A DNA stretch of 64,000 nt from the human T2T-CHM13v2.0 reference genome, Homo sapiens. The stretch lies in NCBI RefSeq assembly GCF_009914755.1, contig NC_060925.1. One strand, 5' to 3'. Position numbers and translations under genes: made by a program. Under the pieces are notes generated by a model. That model was not told where the DNA came from. It was given only the letters and a program-made list of their open reading frames with translations, and ran no database searches. Below, in pieces: positions 13,436-27,733 of this stretch. Each line of letters starts with the position of its first letter. Position 1 is the stretch's first letter.

Positions 13436-16239
13436 ACCTCTGTTTTTTCTCTTTGGAAATATGGATGTATAATCTCTTCCTCAAACAAACTCTGGGCACA
13501 TGCATATGACCAGTGTCTTCTATTCTCTTCCCAGCCTCAGCCCATGAGGCTTCAGATGACAGAGGCAGGAGCCGTGCTGGGGTGGGGCCTGGCTGGGGGG
13601 ACTCTGCATGCACAGTAAGCAAGCATTCTAAAATCGGCCCCAGAAAATCCCCCAAATGCAGCACAGAACGCCTTAGACTGGCCTGAGTCAACAGCAGGAA
13701 GGGGAGGGCCCACAATGAGCAGCCGCATCCCCTCCCCTGAAATTTGCAAAACAGTATTTTGGCTGGTGCATTTGGCCCAATATAGAGCAGAGCAAAACAT
13801 TTTTATGGAGGAACAATGAAAAGAGACTGCTAGTCCTAAGACTGAGGTCTTTAGGAAAACTTCATTCTCTGACCCATTTCAACTTTCCCTAATAAATAAC
13901 AATGCTGTAATGCCAAGCAGTCTATCATGCCACCTTAGCAGCTGTGCTCTGCTCCCAAATGTTCTGTTTATGTCTCCCCATCATGTCATTGTGATGGATT
14001 CAATTTTAAACTACCCCAAGCTAATAGCAAATCCCCCAGAGCTCTGGAAGCAGCTCTGTGTTGCGTGGGCCCTGATCATGAAGGTGGATTCAGTGGTCAC
14101 CCAGGGCCCACCTGGAGTCTGTAGCACTCTTTTTCCTCTGGGCTCCCAGGTACCTGCTGAACCCCAAATGGGTGCCTACAAAGGTCCAGTGAGGAAAAGT
14201 TAAGAGCCCCAGAAAAAACAAAGATAAAACGCCTGGGAGGGAATCAGTATTTATCAAGGGCCTACTACATGCAAGAGCCTTCAAAACCCTGTAACTTTCA
14301 AGTTTTATACATGAGGAAATGGAAGAAATTCAGCAATATGTCCAAGGAGCAGAGCTAGGATTCAACTCTAAGTCATCTGACTCTAAAGCTTACACTCTTT
14401 CCATTACACTAGGCTGCCTCTCAAAATCATGTGGGTTTTTTTTTTCCCCTGGTTCTTGTTTTTTATAATCCTGCTTGCCTGGCTTCTAAACTTCTCCAGC
14501 TTTTCCATAGGCCCTAGCCCAACCCAACTTTCCATTTGGGTAAAAGGAAGATCATCCCAGCTGCTGTGTCCCAAGTCACATGAAATGGCGGGAAGACATT
14601 TCATAAACACAAGTTCAAAAGCCCCTTTAAATAGATAGGAAAGTGGAAATTATTTTTAAGGGGGTAAACTTCTAAAGAAAGCATTCCCATTCTGCAGCCC
14701 TGGACTTCTTAACATAAACCACCAGGTCCAATTCTCACCCTACACTGCCACAGAACAGCTGACGCTAAACTTGGGCTCCAAAGCCTCTGTCTTCCTCCAG
14801 AGAGCCTGGCAGTCTGTGTAATAAGTGTGCTGGCTATTTCTGAGCCGGCCACTAAAAGGGAAAGCCACCCCCAAATCACCACTCAGCTTAGTCCCAAGAA
14901 TGAGAGCTGAAGGTAGCATGTCACGCAGGGGATTTATTCTTCAAATGTAGAATTGTTAGTGCTCAAAATATAAATACTCAGGTTTGAAGAACATACCAAC
15001 TTCTTTAAAAAAAGAAAAGGGTAAAAAACTCCCCCATGCAACTGTGAATATACTCTCATTTCTCCTCCTCCTCCTTTCCTGACAAGAGCCAACAATCAGC
15101 AGACAACAAAATCTCAACATCTGGCTCCTAAGTCCACAGCTTTCAGCTTTTTCCTGGGCCTGGGAACTTTTGCCTCAAACAAATCCCTGATGAGCTGCTT
15201 CAAGTGTGATGGTAATAAGGTTCGGCTGCTCAGGGAGCAAGGCAGGCATGTGAGCCGTGGCTTGGGTGCTCTGTCCTCCAGGGTGGTCCAGAAGCCCTTG
15301 AAGGTAGCACATTACAAGAGCCACTTCTGGTCAACTTCGGTGAGCAGACAGCACCCAGCTCTGCTTTCTCAGGAGCAGGACTGCAGTTTCTGTTGGGAAT
15401 AGTGACAGCCAAAAACTCAGAAGCAGAACACACAAGACACTGAGCTGAGATCTCTTCGGGCTTCTGGAAGCAGTCAGACCCTCCACCATGCCCTTCCTTT
15501 CCCTAGCTGGTCTAAACTGCTGTCGAGCGATGATGGGCAGCTCTTTGCACACAGATATTAGGAAAACCCCTGCCTAAGAGTCACTGCTTTAGAATTTAAT
15601 TTCTAGACTTTAGAACCACTTCCTACTGGGTCCGTAGAGATCACTGCCTGTCCCCCTACTGACATGTTTTATTGTAAGCAATCTAATTTATGGTGTGCTC
15701 AGTATATTCTTCATATACCCAGACACATACAACTGAAAACAAAAGTTTCACACAACAGTACTTACCATTGCTTTGTGCAATGAATGCTGTTATTTTCTAT
15801 TCTACTCTATCATATTCTATTTTATTAAAATCTATTGGTTGTAACCATCTAAATTGATCCCCATTTGAAGATCACAATCTGTAGTTTTAAAACTGCTGTG
15901 GTCATAGGAGCCAGTCCCACGTTTTTGAATTAAAGGCCTGTGCTGACACCATGGGTCAGAGGGAAGGTGATTTGTACCTTATTCCCCTTTCCTGGATAAC
16001 TCAAGTTTACTCAAAAAGCTCCACATCAACACTTTTAAAAGAGAATTCAAATGATCCATGCGGCCCTACCCACAATGGGTTCTCACAGCACACCTTGTCT
16101 TCAAGGATAGCTCTGAAAGAACTCAACTCTGCATTCACAGAACCATTGCTAATAACCTTTAAGAGGTGTCAGAGGACTAAAGATGGGTAACTATTTGCCT
16201 AACATTTTGCCAAATTGGATTCTGGAAGCTTCAGACTGG

Positions 16240-16620
16240 CAAACATAGGGCTGGATTACCTAACAAGTGATTTGTGAGCATTTACAGGGAAAGATAGAAA
16301 TCACTAAAAATATACATGTGTTCATTAAGAAAAAGTTTCAACAAACCAATCTCATTTCTTCTTTTGATGCAGGATACAAAATCAGGAAGAATGCCATAAA
16401 GAATGTGTTCAGATTTCACCAAGGTGCATGAAAAGACAGAAAAAGAAAAATCTGTGTCAAAGTATGGTTGAACAGTTTTGAAGCTGTTAGAACAACTATA
16501 CCCCTAGAGGCTACTGATAACAGACCCTTAAGAACATTGGAAATTGCTTTTATTAGGACCCTAGAAGGTTCTTTTCTGAGACTGATCCTAGTCAACCTTT
16601 CTATCTATGACTTCTTTAAT
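16240..16620 (+). mobile_element. Ancient CR1/L3 LINE reverse-transcriptase fragment
   Basis: caaaccaatctcatttcttcttttgat (QTNLISSFD) followed by gatttcaccaag (DFTK), resembling CR1 RT 'TNLISF...DFSKAFD'. Confidence 0.5.
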
Positions 16621-16813
16621 TAGTGACAGCAACATTACCAATTGGTATGGCGTGTCCTCAATAACAACTGATCAACTGATGAACTGGGTACCCACAGAGC
16701 ACTTTGCAGTTTTATCAGGTACTTTTACACATCTTATCTCATTTGAGCCTCCAAGTCAAGGAGCTAGGTATTATTATATTCATTTCATAGTAAAGAAACT
16801 CAGGCTTAGCCAT

Positions 16814-17020
16814 CAGTGTTTCTCAACCTCAGCAATATGAACATTTTGAACTGGGTAATTCTCTGCTGTCCTGTGCACTGGAGGATGTCGGCAGCATCCT
16901 GGCCTCTACCCACTATGTGCCAGGAGCAGTACCACCCTTACCGTTGTGACAACCAAAAATGTCTCCAGACATTGTCAAACATCCCCTAATGGCCAAAATC
17001 ACTCCTGTTGAAAACCACTG
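16814..17020. mobile_element. MER20 DNA transposon
   Basis: cagtgtttctcaacct...gttgtgacaaccaaaaatgtctccagacattg...gttgaaaaccactg; TIRs intact. Confidence 0.85.
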
Positions 17021-17135
17021 GGTAAATCAAACTTTGATCTGGCTTGATCAAGGTCCACAGTTAAAAAGTTAACCAGGGCAGTATTTGAATTTAGGTCTCC
17101 TCATTCTTCCAACTCTTTCAAAAAGCTGGAAGGTA

Positions 17136-17493
<358 letters not shown>

Positions 17494-17925
17494 TCAAAAT
17501 TATCTTGATTGACATTCTAGGCCAAAACCAATAATAAAAGACTGAAGGTCCATATTTTGGTTTTAAATAAATCAATTGTGCAAAGTGAGACTGGCACTCA
17601 TGGCATTTTATGGCAGTTAATGTATGGAAGGTTGGCAAAGGGGGTTGGTTAACCTTCAGCCCAGAGACTGGCAGTCCTGCATGACTCCACAGATGCCAAC
17701 ATAATCTTGGCTGCACTGACAGGGCAAGCAGTCCAGGCATCTCTCACACTCCCACCCAGGCCAGCTGCCCGAGCATTGAACCCCGCCATCCTCTCTCTCT
17801 TCTCACACCTGCCGCAGACCTGACACTACCTGTGGGGCCTCCCCCTCCCCTACAGAACGTGGCTCTGCTCCATCCTCACTCTGTCCTCTGGCAGCCGCAG
17901 CAAGAGTCGGTGTGCAGCAGAATTG

Positions 17926-18165
17926 GAAGACAGATGGCAAGAGGGAAGAGAAGAAGGACAGGAGGGAGAGGACACGGGGGAGAAGACAAGAAGGGAAGTG
18001 GAGAAATTATGGCAGGGCCCACAATGTCACTGTGAGCCCCCCAAACCCAGGGGGCAAGACAGTAAGATGAGGGAAGAGAGGGAAGCGGGGAGGAGGGGGA
18101 GGAAACGGATGCAAGGCCAGCAAAGGGAAGAGGATAAGAAAAAGGCAGAGCAGAGGGAAAAGACT
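17926..18165. repeat. GA-rich low-complexity tract
   Basis: Strong purine bias on the + strand. Confidence 0.6.
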
Positions 18166-18309
18166 AATTACTCCCAGCCCTCCAATATTCACTTACATGC
18201 TATGCTGCTTCTTCTTCCATTCAGTTCCTTCCTGCTACTTGCCCGGGGCACCCAGCTTGGCCCATTACCCACCCATTAATGCCCCTACCTGGGAATCTCT
18301 GGAATTCAC

Positions 18310-18460
18310 TATGCTGGATTAAAACCCTGGCTCTACTAGTCACTAGCTGGGTGAATTTAGACCAATTACTTAATCTCACTAAGCCTTAGTTTCCACATCT
18401 GTGAAATGGGGATAATAATATCTATCTCATAGTTTTGGTATGGGATTAAGTGAGACTTAA
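18310..18460 (+). mobile_element. MIR SINE fragment
   Basis: ttacttaatctcactaagccttagtttccacatctgtgaaatggggataataata. Confidence 0.75.
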
Positions 18461-18466
18461 TTTGAA

Positions 18467-18545
18467 ATATATACACACATATATATACACATATATAGAT
18501 CTACGTGTGTGTGTGTGTGTGTGTGTGTATATGTATCTCTCTCTC
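18467..18545. repeat. Compound (TA)/(CA)/(TG)/(TC) microsatellite
   Basis: Direct read. Confidence 0.85.
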
Positions 18546-21500
18546 AACACAGATGCTTGGCCCATAAAAGGTGCTCCCTGGTAGCTAGTTTTAGTTATAA
18601 TGTACATCCCTGGCACGTAGATAGCAACTTATTTTACTATCTTGGACACCGGCTTCCACTTCCGACAAGGCCAAAACTTAGAGACGAAATGGCACATGCC
18701 CGGCCCCTGTATTTTCTACTGTTTTCTGAGAACATAATTTCTAGTTGGAGTATTAATTACTAGCTTGGAGCATTACTAGCTGCTGCTATTTCTCAGGGTC
18801 CCCTTGGAGACCAAGCAACCGCTAAGATGGCTGGCTTTCTCCATAGAACTCACAGCTAGCACCAGCAATGAGGAAATACGCACACGCGCACACACACACA
18901 CGCAGTCTTTACATCTGGTTAGGGCTCCAAGTATTTCCTAAGTGTCTCATCACACTTACTAAGGCCTGAGAATCTCAGAGCTGAGACACTGCAGAGGTGA
19001 TGTAGCCCAAGCCATCCCCTGAGGCCTGAGTGTCCTCTGCAGCACCCGACTAGGGGCCGGGGGGTTAGCACAACCTGTCCCCATTCCCAGGAAAAAACCC
19101 AGCACACAGCTCACACTCAATGATGTCAGCTTCCTACAGGAAGGACAGGTACAGCATCACTAATTAAAAAGAGGTCACAACCACGAAGTTCATTCATCCA
19201 GGCCTCTTGGGAACAAATCATATCAACAACCACCAAACAAATGGATTCATGTTAATTTGGAGGTATTCTTATCTGAGAGCAATAGAATATAGTTCACCAA
19301 AGCAGAAACCTGGGCAAGCGTCAACTAAATGTTGGTGGGTCCAGGAAGAAATCCACTGATTCAGGCTAGGTGCCTGTCACAACTTGGTTAGCCTTTCTGA
19401 ACCTGTTTCCTTGTCTGAAAGATGAAAGTAGCAATAGTTGCTGTGAGGCGTGATTAAGGCATGATGCATTCAGAGGCATAGTACAGTGTCTGGCAAAGAT
19501 TCAAGAAACTTTAGACTCTTTCCCCTTTCTGCACCAATAAGCAAATCTGAAAAGATCATGAATACACAGTGCTGCAAAATGAGAAACAGAATTTCCCCCT
19601 TTAGACAAGAGAGCACTGTGATGCAGACACAGCCCTGGCATCAGCAAGGAAGGCCCTGGTTCCCCTTCTCATCATCCCTGGAGAGATGGGTGTCAGAGGT
19701 CAGGTGAGGGAATCTCTTTGTGCGTGATTCTCCAACTCTGCAAACAATAGCTGGCCATTTCTTCTGAGGAATAAGCTGAAATCAAACATACCTGATAGGC
19801 GAACTGGGCTTGATGCAGTCCCAAGCACTCTGCTGAGCACTGAAGCCACTTTTCCTCACCACAACTATGGGAGCTAGAGAAGGGAGGCGATTAGTGGTGA
19901 AGACAGTGGGGACCTGCCCCAGGTGGCATTAGTGAAATAGACAATTCTCTAGGGTCCTCTGCACCAACCCAGAACTCTCCACATAAGAGCTGCCCTAGGA
20001 ACACCACAGTTCTGTGGCCTGCCCTGGCAGATGTGCCCTCACATCTGGGTGATAAGGGGTCCCCAAGAGGAGCCAAACCCCCTGGGGGCAGCCCGGTCAC
20101 AGCCACAACTGGCTGCCCACAGGCTGGGAGCCACTCAACTCAGAGGCAGAGTCCTATGCACTGCACTCTCCAGACAGATGGAAGGACACTCCCCCCGGGG
20201 CAGAACAGCACTGTAGACTGAAGGACAGCTTTGAATCTGTCTGCCCAACCGGTTCAAATCTTGTTTTCTGTCCCCTAAATGTCACCAGTGTAACTGTCAA
20301 GGGGCCAAGGGGAATCACCCAAATTGGACAGCACCTTCAGGGCAGAAGCTCTGTTTGATTTATCTTTTGTTTCCACAGCACCTAGCCTACTGCCTGGCAC
20401 AGAGTGGATATTCAGGAAATTTCTGTTCATGTGAAAGATGAGAAAGGTCACAGACTCCTTAAGATCCCTAAAGCAGCTACGACAGCTCATTTCTGGACTG
20501 AGCAGAGCTGACCTTAGAGGCCAGAAGGGCAGGGCTAGGGATGCTGACTGCTAGGGGGATGAGAAACCTCTCTTAAATCAGAGTATGGAGGCACTGGGCC
20601 AATTAGAGGAGGACCAACCTTTCAGAATCGTAAGACTGGAAAGTGTGTGCCTTCACGTTTCATTTTGCCTCTCCCCAGACTAAACCAACTAAACCATCTC
20701 TGGAAAAGACAGAGGCCAAGGTGACAGGAATTGTTCATTTATATATGAATGAGGCGTTGCTAAGTCATCAGAGGCTGGAGAAAAATGGAAGACTCTTTTT
20801 CCCAGGTTGCCAACCTCAAAGTTAGGTAACTATTGGCAGAGGTCAGACTAGGAAGAGGACAGGCATGATCTGCAGGAGGTTATGGAAAGCAGCATCCCAG
20901 ATGGGGCAGCCCTCCCTGCTCCAGGCCACTGGGCTAGAGCTCAGCTCTGGACTGGCTTCTCATCCTGTCCTGCTGACTGCATAGTCACAGATCTGCTGAT
21001 AGTCTCCAGACAAGACTAGCTCTGCTACCCTGGTCATATCTCAGGCTGGTACCCTCTCCAACCTGTTGCACCTATTTGCTTAAAATTAAGAGGGCTGAGC
21101 TGGGCAGTGCAAGAAAGAACTAGAAAGCCAGTCTCACCTGGAAACTCTACCAACTGCTATGAAGGACACAGGGAAGAGGTGGCAGGCAGGAACAATGCCT
21201 TAAGTTTTCCCCAGGTTCCTTGAACTCTCCATGGCCCTCTGGCCTCCCCTCACCCCCACTACCTCTCATAAGGAAGCAGCCCTGGCTTTCTAGTATGCTG
21301 ATAATAAGGTCCTATCAGGCCAACTGAGAAAAGTCTCATCTAGAAGGAAAGTACTCAGTGCGCTATCTGTTCTGTAGGAAGGCTGAAGGCAATGCCTCCT
21401 GGTCACATCAGCAATGCTATAGAGAAAGGAAAGGTGCAAGAGCAGGACAGAGACTGCTCTGGCTGTGTACCTGGAGGATGATCTCTGAGGATCTCTGCAC

Positions 21501-21569
21501 CGCCAAGCACCCTCCGGGCTGCTGACGACACGGTCAGATTCCCCAGTGCGTGAGCCTATACTACAGCAG

Positions 21570-21835
21570 TGTAGACTACAGCAGTTAAGAGCCCAACAGT
21601 GCGGCCAGGCAGGTCTGGGCTCTGAAGAACTGTGTTCACATACTAGAATTTTCTTGGACAACTGAGAAGTCATTTAACACCTCTGGAGTCTCAGTTTCCT
21701 CATCTGCAAAATAGATATATTAATAGCACTTACCTCACAGGGTCATTAGGAGGACTAAATAAGCCAAAATATTCAAACCACTTAGAACAATGCCTGGAGC
21801 ATATTAAGCATTCAATGAACGTTAGTCAGTATCAT
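21570..21835 (+). mobile_element. MIR SINE
   Basis: tctcagtttcctcatctgcaaaatag...cttacctcacaggg...cttagaacaatgcctgg. Confidence 0.75.
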
Positions 21836-21970
21836 CTTTACTGTCAGCTTTTTGAGAATAGCCCTTTCTGGGATATTCTTCATAGCACCCAGTACAGCAG
21901 AGCTTCATTAATTAAAAAAGAAAGAAAGAAAGAAAGAAAAAGAAAGAAAGACAGACAAACACTAAGCTAT

Positions 21971-22742
<772 letters not shown>

Positions 22743-23508
22743 GCTATTAATACGATTTAATATATATGTGAGGCGCTTTACACACATTGCTGAGTTCCCA
22801 CATAAACCCAATGCCAAAAGTGTTTTCACAGAAAATAGCTTGCCTAGAATGATATTAGTGATTGGCCAGGCTAGGATTGAAACTCAGGCTCTGACTCCAG
22901 AGCCTGCTTCTTCTTCCCAAAGGTTACACTGCCTGCAGAACACCACCTTCTGAGCCCCTCTACCTTTATCAGAATGAGAAGGGAGTGGGGGCCCAAACAA
23001 AATTCAAGCAAGAGAGGAAGAGAACACAAAAAGAGATGCTGGGAAGCTCAGAAGAAATTCACCACCTTGTCAAGGCCTGTGTCTTTTTCTGGATCTGGGT
23101 TTGTCATCATTTGCAGCTTTTGCTTTGACTCTGGATGTTAGATTACGTAGAGCACTACATGGAGCACACGGTGCCTTCAATGAGAAACCAGCAAGCAGTC
23201 AGTCTGAAACTGTTTCTATAGACGTGGACAAGACTTCTCACAATGTCCCAGCTACCCAATGACACTGATTCTAATGCTAACACACCTCCAGGCACTTCAA
23301 ATGCTTTTGGCACTCTGACCAGAAGCTAGCCACGCAGGGTCTGTGTGAGCCGCAGCAAGGCTGTCTGCTATATAAGCTCAGAACTCCTGCTTTTGGAAGA
23401 AGTATCATTTCAACAGAACAGAAAGTGACACCCCAACAGTAGAATTCCTACAAATTCTAACTGTGCTAACATCTTCCTAACAACAGTCCTACTTAAAAAC
23501 TTCACTTT

Positions 23509-23824
<316 letters not shown>

Positions 23825-24299
23825 TTACCCATTTTCTCCAAGGACTTAATCTCTTAAGCTCCACAGAGCCATGGAGACGCACACAGCAAACTGTCAGCAC
23901 ACAGGGAGTAGGAGGGGTGGGACAGTCTTCCCAAATTCTGCTGCTGGCTGCGCCTGAAATGAGTACACACACTTCAGGGGCGCTCACTAACCCACCCAGT
24001 TGTGACTGCAGATGTCATGATGACTGAATCCTTCTGACTCCTTGTCAGCATCAGCACTCCCTAATTCTGCAGAATAACTGGTACCAAATAGCCATTTCCT
24101 GCTCATTCACGGCTCCCTTAACAGAAAACTCCCTCCTCCTTCCTCCCCTAAGTCCCATGCACACACAGAGAGGGAATCAGAAAAGGCAGGAAATGCTTGC
24201 CTAAGACCAGAGAAAATGCCAGGGAAGAGAGAGACAAGAAAATTCCACCAGGTCTATGTTGAGCAGGGAAATTATTCCCCCAAGAGAAAAGTTCAACTT

Positions 24300-24600
24300 G
24301 GCCCGGCACGGTGGTTCATGCCTGGAATCCCAGCACTTTGGGAGGCCGAGGTGGGTGGATCACTTGAGGTCTAGAGTTCAAGACCAGCCTGGCCAACATG
24401 GCAAAACCCCGTCTCTACTAAAAAATACAAAAATTAGCCGGGTGTGGTGGTGGGCGCCTATAATCCCAGCTACTCGGGAGACTGAGGCAGGGAGAATTGC
24501 TTTAACCAGGGGGGCGGAAGTTGCAGTGAGCGGACATCACGCCACTACACTCCAGCCTGGGCGACACAGTGAGACTCCCTCTCGGAAAAAAAAAAAAAAA
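24300..24600 (+). mobile_element. AluS
   Basis: Full Alu; TSD aaagttcaacttg. Confidence 0.95.
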
Positions 24601-25429
24601 GGGAAAGTTCAACTTGACGGCTACCCCTATTTCATCATGGTGAGGTACAGAAAAAGGATTCCCTTCTGCAGCGCTGCCTATCCTCTTCTGATGACCTCAC
24701 TGTGGCTATCTGGTTACAAAGGCAGGCAACAACTGGCACTAGGCCTAGAGAGAGATGACCAAAATTGACTACGCTTGCACAGTAAGGGACTAGATTTAAT
24801 CCAATCATTTGGCTCCAAGAAATGCACGAAATACAACTACTGGTATTCTCTTTATTCGGCAGATGGTAATGAAGACCCATTGGGAGGGTGCCTTCCCATT
24901 TTGTCAGTCTAGGACCTGAGTGGAGTCCCAACCGGGAAGCCTGGGGCAGTGTGCTAAACCAGCAGCCAACAGATACTGCATTCCAATAGTGGCTTCTTGG
25001 TCCCCTGGCATTTTTTGTGCTTACCTTTAACTAACTGTTCCTTGCCTAAGCTCCTTCCAACCTCAAGGAACTAAGAGAATTTCATTCCTTTCTAATTAAA
25101 TATTTTTCCTCCAATAGATAATCCACACTGACCCTATCGAGGGAAAATCTGAGCTGGTGTAACTGCAGGAGGTGGTTTATTTTCATAACAGTAAAACATC
25201 TAAACCAAATATGCCCTGTGTTTCAGCAGCTTAAACATTGAGGTCTGACAAGAACCCGAGATTCCACTTTGCCTGCCAAGGGCTAAGTGTGTATGCTGAA
25301 GCGAAAGAAAGTGATTATGAGGAAAAATGGGGAATGTCTGAGTGGGTGAAGGAAAAAAAAAGTGCAAGATATTACTAGAAAAACCTGACTGCACACACAA
25401 TCCTATCCCCTACGCAGGAGAAAGACCGA

Positions 25430-26000
25430 GTGCTAGCACCCGGGGTGTGAAAGCCTGCACCAAGGGACCCAGGAACCAGGCGTGCCTCCATTTCTCACTC
25501 GATTTGTTTACAATGAACGGACGGCGCCGGAGTCCCTCCGCCCTCAGCTCAGGCCCGGTTCCCACCGCCCGACGCTGGCTGGCCGAGGCAGGGGCGCGGC
25601 GGGGGATTTCGGGCAGGGCGGTGAAGCAGGGCCTGCTCTACAGGGGGCTTTTCTTCGCCGCGGTTTCTTCCCCTGTCGCTGCCCGGCCCCCACCTCCTCT
25701 CTCCTCCCGCGCGCGCTCTGCCCGCCGCCCACGCGCGGAAGCCCGCGGCCGGGGAGGGGGCGCCGTCTCCCGGCATGCTCGGCGGCGGTGCCGGTCACGT
25801 GACGGGAAGGCGGCCGCCCCTGTCGCCTTCGCCAGCGCTAGCGGGCCCGCAGCAGAGGCAGTAGCGGGGCTTGAAATGCTGACCTGCACCCCTGGCTTGC
25901 GCTCCCCCAGGCGGGAAAGACAAGGGGGCTGCTGTTGCTGCTTACGAAAAGAATCTCAGCGCTGCTGGCCGCCAGCTCCCGGCTTGGGAGAAAGGATGTG
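25430..26000. promoter_or_regulatory. Intragenic (orphan) CpG island
   Basis: Dense CpG stretch (cgcgcgc, ggcggcgg) in otherwise CpG-depleted intron; contains the GTCACGTGAC palindrome at 25794-25803. Confidence 0.85.
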
Positions 26001-27433
26001 TTTCAGTCTGGGTTTCCTCATTTGCAAAATGGGTATACTTTTTGTAGGGTTGAACTGTAGGTCAGCAGGCTCCCAAATCCTGTCTTTCCTTGTCCCCCTC
26101 ACCCCCAAGAGTAACAACTTTTAATTAATTTTGTTCAAGAGCTAATAAAAAAAAAATCTTCATTTCTTTGGATGACACTGTGCCCAACTCCACGGTCAGC
26201 TTGCAGAGCGTAGCGGTTCTGCCCGAAACCCATCCGCCCAAGGCTTTTATTTTCCTAGATCTCAAACAGTGGGAGGGTCGGACTCTAAATACTATTTGTT
26301 TAGACCCCTGAAAATTTTTGATAATTCAATCTTAAGCCGAATTCCGTTTACCTTTACAGTATGAAAAAAGAGTGACTACGAAATAAAGAATATAAACATT
26401 AATAGTACAAGCACTTCAGAAAAATGTTTAGCATGCCGTAAAATACCAATTACAAAGCATTGTTAACTCTCAATAATTAGATCTCCGATGTAATTATACA
26501 TGACCAATAAAGTAATAACACTACTTATCTTTAAAAACATTAATATAACCAAGACTACCCACATTGCAACAGGTTATCATACCTGGTCAACACGAGAATT
26601 CCCTGTAAAAAAGCTTCTCGTGTGTGCTAATGAAGATGTGTGAGAATGGAGAATAACTCAGCTAGTTTATTTCCTGGGCATTTATGAAAAACTGAATTGA
26701 GCGGGCAGCAATGAAAATTGTCATTCTGGGGAATGCAATATTTTTCCGCTTTGGGGAAATGAGCAAAAACATGTGACAAAAGCACTGGAGATAAAAGTGA
26801 CACTGGGAAAGACAGTTTACAGTGGCTTGAAACAAAGCAGTGCATCATTCTGCCAACTTTACAGCCAAGCTTTTTTCAGAGATCATTGGCTACTTAAACA
26901 GTAAGTAATGGACGTTCAACAATGCTGTGCCCAGTCTAAAACTAAGAGGCTTTTATCTCTACCGATGACATGAGAAAACCTGTGACTACACACAGCCTCG
27001 ACTTCATTTGAAATCTTGAGCTGGAATGACTTTTCTTAAAGTCAGAGGCTCCTTTGCACAGTGGAACAAACTCCTCATAAAATTTACAACTTGAAAGAAG
27101 TACTGGCAAAAGCTTGTACTTTTTAAAAGAATCACAGCATTGCTCTTGCTTGGCCAAATGTATTAAATGTTCAGAGATGAATTCCAGAATAGATAGGAGA
27201 TAAGAACAGCATCAGTAACTGGGATAAAACCAGAAGGGCCTAAGAAAAGTTATAGGTCAGTTACTCAAAGGCTCCCCACATTCAGGCCACTCTCCCACAG
27301 AGCAAAATTATCCTAACATTATGTAAAACATTTAGGTGCTAATTCCTTTATCCCTCATCTCACATTTTTGATGTGAGAACATTCTGATGGCCAGAGGAAG
27401 AGAGGAGAGTCCAGAAACATACAACTTGATGTC

Positions 27434-27733
<300 letters not shown>

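Noticed and set aside
25342-26124. 260-aa ORF across the orphan CpG island
   Set aside because: GTG start, GC-driven, C-terminus runs into MIR-like sequence (SLGFLICKMG); no family resemblance.
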